64,000 bases of DNA. Origin: Chloroflexia bacterium. GTDB lineage: Bacteria; Chloroflexota; Chloroflexia; Thermomicrobiales; CADCWN01. The notes under the pieces were generated by a model. That model was not told where the DNA came from. It saw only the letters and a list, made by a program, of their open reading frames with translations, and made no database searches. The stretch lies in assembly GCA_046328475.1 (NCBI GenBank), contig JAXLWN010000007.1:20001-84000 (forward strand), in the 5' to 3' direction. Positions 36,868 to 46,194 of the stretch are shown here, piece after piece. Every line of letters begins with the position of its first letter. The first letter of the stretch is position 1. A program made the position numbers and the translations under genes.

Positions 36868-37836
36868 GCGCGCTCCTCGGCGGTGGCGGCGGCGACCGGC
36901 AGGCCGACCGCTGCGGCGTAGACATCTTCCAGGGTGCGGGTCTCGCAGTTGACGGCGACGATCTGCGCCCCGGCGGCGGCGAGGCGGGCGATGACCTGCG
37001 GGTTGACCTCGCGGGGCCGGGGGGTGCGGTAGGCGACCGTGGCCGCGCCGTGCGCGCCGTTCATCCCGGCGATTGGGGCGAGGGCGGCGAGGCCGAGGTC
37101 GGCCAGGATGCCGGGCGCGGCGGGGTGGGCGGCGGCGAGGTCGATTCGCACGAGGGTGTCGGGCGAGGCGCTGGCGCGCAGGGCGGCGGGGGAGTCTGAC
37201 GCGACGATGCGGCCGTGCTGGATAATGGCGACTTCGTCGGCGAGGCGCTCGGCTTCGTCGAGGTCGTGGGTGCAGAGGATGATGCTGCGCTTAGAGTCGC
37301 GCAGGTCGCGGATGAGGTCGCGGACGGCGCGCGACGAGAGCGGGTCGAGGCCGCTGGTCGGCTCGTCGAGGAAGAGGGCGGCCGGTTCGTGCAGGAGGGC
37401 GCGGGCGAGCGCGACCTTCTGCTTCATCCCCTTGGAGAAGCCGGTCATGCGCTCGCGGCGGTGGGACGAGAGGTCGAAGATGGCGAGGAGTTCGTCGATC
37501 CGCCGCTGGCGGGCGGCGGCGGGGAGGCCATAGACGCCGCCAAAGAAGTCAAGATAGGCTGGGGCGGTCATCTGCTCGTAGAGGCCGGGGGAATCGGTGA
37601 CGAGGCCGACGCGGGCGCGCACCCCGGCGGGGTCGGTGCGCACGTCGCAGCCGGCGACGGTGGCCTGGCCGTCGCTGGGGCCGATCAGGCCGGCGAGCAT
37701 GCGCACGGTGGTGGTCTTGCCCGCGCCGTTCGGCCCGAGCAGGGGCGAGGATCGCGCCGCTGGGGACGCGCAGGGAGACGTTTTCCACTGCGGTGAAACT
37801 GCCGAAGCGGCGCGTCAGGCCGATTGCTTCGATCAT
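36864..37836 (-). pseudogene. ABC transporter ATP-binding protein with a 1-nt frameshift inside the Walker A region
   Basis: MIEAIGLTRRFGSFTAVENVSLRVPSGAILA is in the 37836 frame. LLGPNGAGKTTTVRMLAGLIGPSDGQ.. LSGGMKQK-like FSKGMKQKVALARAL and LFLDEPTSGLD are in the 37706 frame. Removing one G/C from the run at 37742-37745 restores ILALLGPNGAGKTTT. Confidence 0.85.
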
Positions 37837-38142
37837 GGGGTGCCTTTCTCTCGCGATGTTGCTGCGCCGCCGGGGGTGTTGCCGGGCGGCGATAGTGTTC
37901 CGATCTACGGGGCGGCGCGGGCTGCCGCGCCATGCGATCACTGTAGCAAAAGGCGGGGGGTGGGTGCATCACCGTGGGGTAGGAGGTGGGGTCCCTCGGG
38001 CGGGGGAGGGGTGTTGACGGTTGAATGGGGGAGATCGGCAGTTTCAACCGCCGATATTGCCCACACGAAGGAGGCGTAGATAGTGGCGCGGGGCGGCTCG
38101 GTGAGCCCCCCCCGCCGCTTTGCTGCTGAGTTTTGCCGACGC

Positions 38143-40836
<2,694 letters not shown>

Positions 40837-40937
40837 ATCCCTCCCTCCAGTCTCGCCTTACTCTTCATGGGACGCACGCGATGCGGCGTGCCAGATGACG
40901 CGATTGTACCACCGGTACGGCATTGTGCTTGCCCGAT

Positions 40938-41162
40938 CTAGCTATCGAGTGCGTCCCGGCCCCGCGCGGTGAGCGTCACGGCGCATTCGGCGAGGCGGGG
41001 GCCAGTTTCTACCCGGATCAATTCGTCGCCGAGGGCGTCCTCCCAGGCCGAGAGGCGCGGGCAGGAGGTGCGCCAGGCGTCCATCGCCTCGGCGTAGGTG
41101 CGCGGGCGGAGGGTCAGCCAGGTGAGGAATTCGCGGGTCGCGGGCGCGATTGCGGTTGGCAT
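40938..41162 (-). CDS. Small hypothetical protein (74 aa), divergent from LysR
   Basis: MPTAIAPATREFLTWLTLRPRTYAEAMDAWRTSCPRLSAWEDALGDELIRV.. GC3 is high. No domain name could be assigned. Confidence 0.45.
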   Translation of the reverse strand: MPTAIAPATREFLTWLTLRPRTYAEAMDAWRTSCPRLSAWEDALGDELIRVETGPRLAECAVTLTARGRDALDS

Positions 41163-41289
41163 TGCTGACTCCTATGAGGCGAAATCACCATTCCCATCGA
41201 GAAACGAGCCCAGGCAAACCGATTTCCATTGCACTCACTATGCGCCTCCTACGACAATAAGTCAAAGACAGGTATCATCTGATTCTAAT

Positions 41290-41306
41290 AACGAATGCTT
41301 ATCGTT
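41290..41306. promoter_or_regulatory. Candidate LysR-type operator (AACGA-N7-TCGTT, fits T-N11-A)
   Basis: Inverted repeat aacgaatgcttatcgtt, 20 nt upstream of the LysR ATG in the divergent intergenic region. Confidence 0.3.
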
Positions 41307-41325
41307 CAGGCTGCGGAGAGAGTTG

Positions 41326-42219
41326 ATGGAACTGCGGCAACTGCGGTACTTCGCGGCGGTGGCGCGGCGGCGTCATTTCACGTTGGCGGCAGAGGCGATC
41401 GGGGTGGCGCAACCGGCGCTCTCGCAGCAGGTGCGGCTGCTGGAGCGCGAGCTCGGTGTGCAGCTGTTCGACCGGAGCGGGCGGCGGGTGCGGCTGACGG
41501 CGGCGGGCGAGGCGCTGCTGGTGCGGGCGGAGAGCATTCTGGCGGAGGTCGCCAACGCGCAATCGGAGATGGCGGAATATGCCGGGACGGTGCGCGGGCG
41601 GGTGGTGGTCGGCACGCTGCCGTCGCTCGCGGAACACCAGTTGCCGCCGTTGGTCGCGGCGTTCCACCGCCGCCACCCCGGCCTGGAGCTGATCCTGCGC
41701 GAGGAGCGGACGGCGCGGCTGCTGGAACTGCTGGCGGCGGGGGAAGTGGACCTCGCGCTGTTGCACCAGTCGCCCGCCGCGACCGAGGCGCTGCCCGCGC
41801 TGACCATCGAGCCGCTCTTCACGGAGGAGTTGGTGGCGGCGGTCGGCGAGGGGCACCGGTTGGCGGATCGCGCGGCGCTGCCGCTGGCGGCGCTGCGCGA
41901 CGAGGACTTTGTGCTGACCAAGTCGGGCTCGGCGATCCGCGACACGATCCTGGCGGCGTGCGCGGTGGCCGGGTTCGCGCCGCACATCGCGTTCGAGAGC
42001 GGCGCGGCGGCGACGGCCCGCGCGCTGGCCGCTGCCGGGCTCGGGATTGCCATCCTGCCTCGCTCGGAGGCGCTGGCCGACGGCCCGCCGCTGGTCGCGA
42101 TCGAGCTGGACCCGCGCCTGACGCGCACGGTGGCGCTCGCCTGGCCCGCCGCGCGCCGCCACCCGCCCGCGACGGCGGCGTTCCTGGCGCTGGCGCGGGA
42201 GGCGTTGCGACGGGGGTGA
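41326..42219 (+). CDS. LysR family transcriptional regulator
   Basis: MELRQLRYFAAVARRRHFTLAAEAIGVAQPALSQQVRLLERELGVQLFDR (HTH), followed by a LysR substrate-binding domain. Confidence 0.93.
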   Translation: MELRQLRYFAAVARRRHFTLAAEAIGVAQPALSQQVRLLERELGVQLFDRSGRRVRLTAAGEALLVRAESILAEVANAQSEMAEYAGTVRGRVVVGTLPSLAEHQLPPLVAAFHRRHPGLELILREERTARLLELLAAGEVDLALLHQSPAATEALPALTIEPLFTEELVAAVGEGHRLADRAALPLAALRDEDFVLTKSGSAIRDTILAACAVAGFAPHIAFESGAAATARALAAAGLGIAILPRSEALADGPPLVAIELDPRLTRTVALAWPAARRHPPATAAFLALAREALRRG

Positions 42220-42263
42220 GGGCGCTACGTGCCTCTGCGTTCGCGTTTCGGGGTCGCGGCGGC

Positions 42264-43409
42264 TTACTCCGGGGCTGGTACCGCCACCAGCGCGTCGCCG
42301 TCGAGGTCGTAGTGGCGGGCGCGGTAGGTCAGCCGCCCGGTCTCATCCCAGGCGGCGAAGAGGTATTCCATCTCGGGCGAATAGATCAGCGTGCCGCGCT
42401 TCTGCCCTTCCTCCAGCCACACCGAGTCGAGCGAGCCCCAGAGTCTGAACGTCGCCCCCTGGGCATGGAGGTACCAGTTGCCAGGCGATTGAATACCCGA
42501 TCGGGTGCTACCTGCTTTGTATCGCAGCTCATAGAAACCGACGTAGCGAGCATACGTGCCTGCGGCCTGCATCGCGGCGTGTTGCTGATCGACGGTCCGC
42601 CCCGTAACAAACAGCAGGCCCAGGAGGAAGACTGAAGCGCCATAGAGGGAAAGAAAGATGCCCGGTGGAGCACCGAGGTAGTGGAAGATGCCGCCGATCG
42701 CGGCGGGCACGAGCATCATGGCGACGATCTGCCAGGGCCACCCGCCGTTCGGATCCAGGCGCGCCCGCATCTGCGGCGTGAGGGGGTAGCGACCGGGAGC
42801 GACCGGGTGTCGCCCCGCTTGCGCGCGCGCGGTCGCGGGCGCAGCGGCGCGCGAGCCTTCCGGCACCCTCCCATCGCCCGCGCCGGGTGCGACAAGTTCC
42901 TTGTCACTGCGCAGGTCGTAGTCGGCGTACTGGTGGATGACACGCCCCTGCTGATCCCAGATGGCGAAGATCGCCTGCGCCGCGACGGAGTAGACCGCGG
43001 TCACGCGCTCCTGCGCCAGGATCGGCTCCGCCTGCTCCGTGCGAAGATCCAGCGGCAGGCGGTCGTCCCCCAGGATCATGGCAAACTTCTGACCGCGCGC
43101 CGGGGGGGCGATGTGGGGCGGCCCCACGTAGTGCCGGTAGGTGCCCTCCGCCAGTGCCCGCCGCACCCGCGAGTGATTCCCCCAGAAGTGGACCGCGCCG
43201 AGGATGATGGGCGTTGCGAGGAAGCAGAGCACCAACAGGGCGATGTACGGGAAGGCGTCGCCGGTCGTGGGGAGGAGGCACGCCGTCAAGATGCCGACGA
43301 ACGCCGCGAGTGCGAGTCCTCCCCGAACAAGCAGTCGGTTGTTCCTGGCGCGGTGCTCCAGGAGTGCCGCACGCATCTGCTGCGTCAGTGGCAGTGATTC
43401 GGGTGTCAT
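42264..43409 (-). CDS. Membrane protein built from two homologous halves (each 2 TM helices plus a ~100-aa soluble domain)
   Basis: The two halves share PLT.QMRA.L, two hydrophobic helices, GTY..YVG, YS..FA.WD..GR and YDL..D.LVA in the same order. No family was recognised. Confidence 0.6.
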   Translation of the reverse strand: MTPESLPLTQQMRAALLEHRARNNRLLVRGGLALAAFVGILTACLLPTTGDAFPYIALLVLCFLATPIILGAVHFWGNHSRVRRALAEGTYRHYVGPPHIAPPARGQKFAMILGDDRLPLDLRTEQAEPILAQERVTAVYSVAAQAIFAIWDQQGRVIHQYADYDLRSDKELVAPGAGDGRVPEGSRAAAPATARAQAGRHPVAPGRYPLTPQMRARLDPNGGWPWQIVAMMLVPAAIGGIFHYLGAPPGIFLSLYGASVFLLGLLFVTGRTVDQQHAAMQAAGTYARYVGFYELRYKAGSTRSGIQSPGNWYLHAQGATFRLWGSLDSVWLEEGQKRGTLIYSPEMEYLFAAWDETGRLTYRARHYDLDGDALVAVPAPE

Positions 43410-43571
43410 GGCATCCCCTCATCGCTGGCGGCTACACGGATAGCGACCCCGCGTACCAGCATGGGCCACGCCCGCGCCTGTGCCTATCCGGGGAAGTACG
43501 GATTTTTCGTGCGCCTACCGCCCCACGCGGGCCTGCGCGGCGGCGACGTTGCGGCGGGGAGGAAGGGGAGA

Positions 43572-44279
43572 TCAGTGGTTGGGGCGGCCCGTGGCCTGGA
43601 ATGGCAATGTGCCAACACGCCCATCGCATGTGCCGATCGACCAATCGATCAGGAGCGTTTCACCGCTCGTCGGCAGGGAGAGGCGCATTTGACTGGGGGT
43701 CGGTGTCAACGGTTCGCAGCGACCCGCGCCGGGGCCGCGCGTGGAGTAGGTCAGGTAGGTCAGGGCATACCCTGGCCCGTTGTCGCGATGTGGGATGGGC
43801 GGGGCGAGGCCGGGCAGGAGCACGACGGTCGCGGCGGGCTGGCCGTCCCAGGTTTTCCAGCCGGTCAGGTCGGCGCTTGCGGGTGTCGAGAGTATCACCG
43901 CGCCATCGTCACCCAGGAGTTCAAGCCCCGGCACGCCGGTGAGGCTGCATTGCGCCGATCCCCGATTACGAAAGTAGAGTATGAGGAAGACTGTGCCACT
44001 GGCAGCCATCTCGCCGCCCTCGGAAATAGCCAAATCCGACGCACGGCATGGCGGGGCTACGCCTGCGGCGATTGGTGTCGGTGGAGCAGTTGTCGCGGTT
44101 AATTCTGGCGTGGATACCGCAAGGGGGGTGACAGGATCACTCCCGGCGAGCGGTCGCGTTGCCGTGCTGAGGGGAGTATCGCCCAGCGGCGAGGTGCGCA
44201 CCACCTCCCGAGCGCAACCCGCCATGCAGAGCAGCCCAAGAATAAGCAAGGCCGTTGCTATGACACGCCCGCCCATCAC
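43572..44279 (-). CDS. DUF4232-domain secreted lipoprotein (paralog a)
   Basis: Signal plus lipobox LLCMAGC. The DUF4232 core reads PPCRASDLAISEGGEMAASGTVFLILYFRNRGSAQCSLTGVPGLELLGDDG. Confidence 0.75.
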   Translation of the reverse strand: MMGGRVIATALLILGLLCMAGCAREVVRTSPLGDTPLSTATRPLAGSDPVTPLAVSTPELTATTAPPTPIAAGVAPPCRASDLAISEGGEMAASGTVFLILYFRNRGSAQCSLTGVPGLELLGDDGAVILSTPASADLTGWKTWDGQPAATVVLLPGLAPPIPHRDNGPGYALTYLTYSTRGPGAGRCEPLTPTPSQMRLSLPTSGETLLIDWSIGTCDGRVGTLPFQATGRPNH

Positions 44280-44392
44280 TCAGCCTCATCCGGTAGCCAT
44301 CACCTATCATCGATGCAACGCGCGGAATGGGCACGAGGTACGGTCGGGGTTTGCTACAATTTCCGGGTACCAGAAGCGCGAAGGAGCAGGGC

Positions 44393-44665
44393 ATGGCACA
44401 GACGGTGCGCGCGATCTATGAACAAGGGCAACTCAGGCTGCTGGAGGATGTGGCGCTGTCCGAAGGACAGGAGGTGAACATCTCGATCCTTTCCGACCGC
44501 GACCTGGTCCGGGCGGCGCTCGGCGATCTCGTCGTTAAATTCCCGGAAGAGGAGAGCGACGATGCGATTGATGAGGAGGCGTTGCTGCGCGAGATCGAAG
44601 CCGAACTGACCGGAGACCTGCGACTCTCGGAGGCGATCATTGAGGAACGTCGCGAGGATTCGTGA
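44393..44665 (+). CDS. AF2212/DUF104-like antitoxin (VapB-type partner of the PIN toxin)
   Basis: The N-terminus MAQTVRAIYEQGQLRLLEDVALSEGQEVNISIL is typical of the family. SD AAGGAG is at 44381-44386. The stop overlaps the toxin GTG (GTGA, 44662-44665). Confidence 0.7.
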   Translation: MAQTVRAIYEQGQLRLLEDVALSEGQEVNISILSDRDLVRAALGDLVVKFPEEESDDAIDEEALLREIEAELTGDLRLSEAIIEERREDS

Positions 44666-45123
44666 GCCACTACTTCCTCGACAGCAGCGCGCTGCTCAAG
44701 CGATATGTCGTTGAGCCTGGGAGTCGCTGGATCCGCGCGTTGACCTCGCCGGCCGTAGGGCACGAATTGTTCGTCGCCGCGATTGTGCGTGTTGAAGCAG
44801 TCTCGGCGCTGGCCCGTCGTAGGCGTGAAGGTCGCCTATCTGCGCTGGGAGCTCGCAACCTGCGCCTGCTTATCGAACGCCAGATAGGTCGTTGCATCGT
44901 TGCCGAGGCGAACGATGCGGTGTTGCAGCGCGCTTGCGATTTGCTTGAGCGCCACGCGCTCCGCGCATACGACGCGGTGCAGCTTGCTTCCGCGCTTGAG
45001 AGCAACGACCGCTTGCAGGCAAGGGCGCTGGCTCCGATTACCTTCGTCTCTGCCGACCAGCGACTCCTCGCCGCCGCATCGGCTGAGGGGCTGGCGGTCG
45101 AAGATCCCAACCTCCACACCTGA
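44662..45123 (+). CDS. vapC: PIN-domain ribonuclease toxin (VapC family)
   Basis: MSHYFLDSSALLKRY (first acidic residue), ..AYDAVQLASAL.., ..FVSADQRLLAAA.. This is the typical PIN acidic quartet spacing. It is translationally coupled to the upstream antitoxin. Confidence 0.8.
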   Translation: MSHYFLDSSALLKRYVVEPGSRWIRALTSPAVGHELFVAAIVRVEAVSALARRRREGRLSALGARNLRLLIERQIGRCIVAEANDAVLQRACDLLERHALRAYDAVQLASALESNDRLQARALAPITFVSADQRLLAAASAEGLAVEDPNLHT

Positions 45124-45178
45124 CATTCTCTTTGCAGCACACCACGCTCTCCCCATAGACAGGGACCCGATTTGCGGG

Positions 45179-45258
45179 CCTGGCCCGCCGCGCGCCGCCA
45201 CCCGCCCGCAACGGCGGCGTTCCTGGCGTTGGCGCAAGACGCGTTGCGGCGGGGATGA
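45179..45258 (+). pseudogene. Orphan 80-nt copy of the LysR gene 3' end (encodes AWPAARRHPPATAAFLALAQDALRRG*)
   Basis: By hand alignment, 73/80 nt are identical to 42140..42219, the true 3' end of the LysR CDS. Homology starts abruptly at cctggcccgcc. Confidence 0.85.
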
Positions 45259-45269
45259 GCGACGGGAGA

Positions 45270-45974
45270 TCAGGGACTGGTGCGACCGGTGGCCTGGAAT
45301 GGAGAGGTGCCAATGCGTCCGTCGCATGTGCCGATCGACCAATCGAGCAGGAGCGTTTCACCGCTCGTCGGCAGGGTGAGGCGCATTCGAACAGGGGCCG
45401 GTGTCAGCGGTTCGCATCGGCCTGCGCCAGGGCCGCGCGTAGAGTAGCCCAGGTAGGTCAGCGCATACCCTGGCCCATTGTAGCGATGCGGGATGGGTGG
45501 GGGGAGGTCAGGAAGCAGCACGACGGGCGTTGCGGGCTGGCCATCCCAGGTTTTCCAGCCGGTCAGATCGCCGCTTGCGGGTGTCGAGAGTATCACCACG
45601 CCATCGTCACCCAGGAGATCAAGGCCCGGCACGCCGGTGAGGCTGCATTGCGCCGATCCCTGATTCCGAAAGTAGAGAATGAGGGAGATTGTGCCGCTGG
45701 CAGCCATCTCGCCGCCCTCGGAGATAGCTAGGTCCAACGCACGGCATGGTGGGGCTGCTCCTGCGCCGATGGGTGTCGCTGGAGCAGTCGTCGCAGTGAA
45801 TCTTGGTGTGGATACCACAAGAGGGGTGGCAGGATCCTTCCCGGTAAGCGGACGCGTTGCCGGGTTGGTGGGAGAGTCGCCTAGCAATGAGGTGCGCACC
45901 ACCTCCCGGGCACAGCTCACCGTGCCAAGCAAACAGACGACAAGCATGGCTATTACTGCGACGTGTCTGCACAT
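45270..45974 (-). CDS. DUF4232-domain secreted lipoprotein (paralog b)
   Basis: Colinear with 43572..44279 along its full length (roughly three quarters identical by eye). The lipobox is LLGTVSC. Confidence 0.75.
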   Translation of the reverse strand: MCRHVAVIAMLVVCLLGTVSCAREVVRTSLLGDSPTNPATRPLTGKDPATPLVVSTPRFTATTAPATPIGAGAAPPCRALDLAISEGGEMAASGTISLILYFRNQGSAQCSLTGVPGLDLLGDDGVVILSTPASGDLTGWKTWDGQPATPVVLLPDLPPPIPHRYNGPGYALTYLGYSTRGPGAGRCEPLTPAPVRMRLTLPTSGETLLLDWSIGTCDGRIGTSPFQATGRTSP

Positions 45975-46065
45975 TGTTCAACCTCGCCGGGAGCCATTGC
46001 ACATTATTAGTGCAACGCGCGGGACGCGCGCGGGGTATGGTTGTCGGTTTATTCATCGACAGATC

Positions 46066-46194
46066 GTAAGGGCGACGCGGTGCGTCGCCCGCTTGGAGAG
46101 CGGTAATTGTATGGCATAGCGGTGTGCGCCGGTGGGTGGTGATCCGCGTCGCAATTGCCGCCCCGGCGCGGGCGACGCACCGCGTCGCCCCTAC
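46066..46194. repeat. 129-bp MITE-like element with 27-nt terminal inverted repeats that are themselves hairpins (CCCTAC family)
   Basis: gtaagggcgacgcggtgcgtcgcccgc (46066-46092) matches the reverse complement of gcgggcgacgcaccgcgtcgcccctac (46168-46194) at 26/27 positions. The right end contains the stop codon of the Pat-like gene (cta, 46191-46193). Confidence 0.85.

Noticed and set aside
42140-45258. Calling the segment between the LysR-tail direct repeats an integrative mobile element (attL/attR).
   Set aside because: The segment contains no integrase, recombinase or excisionase gene. A tandem-duplication history explains the data equally well. It is reported only as an observation.
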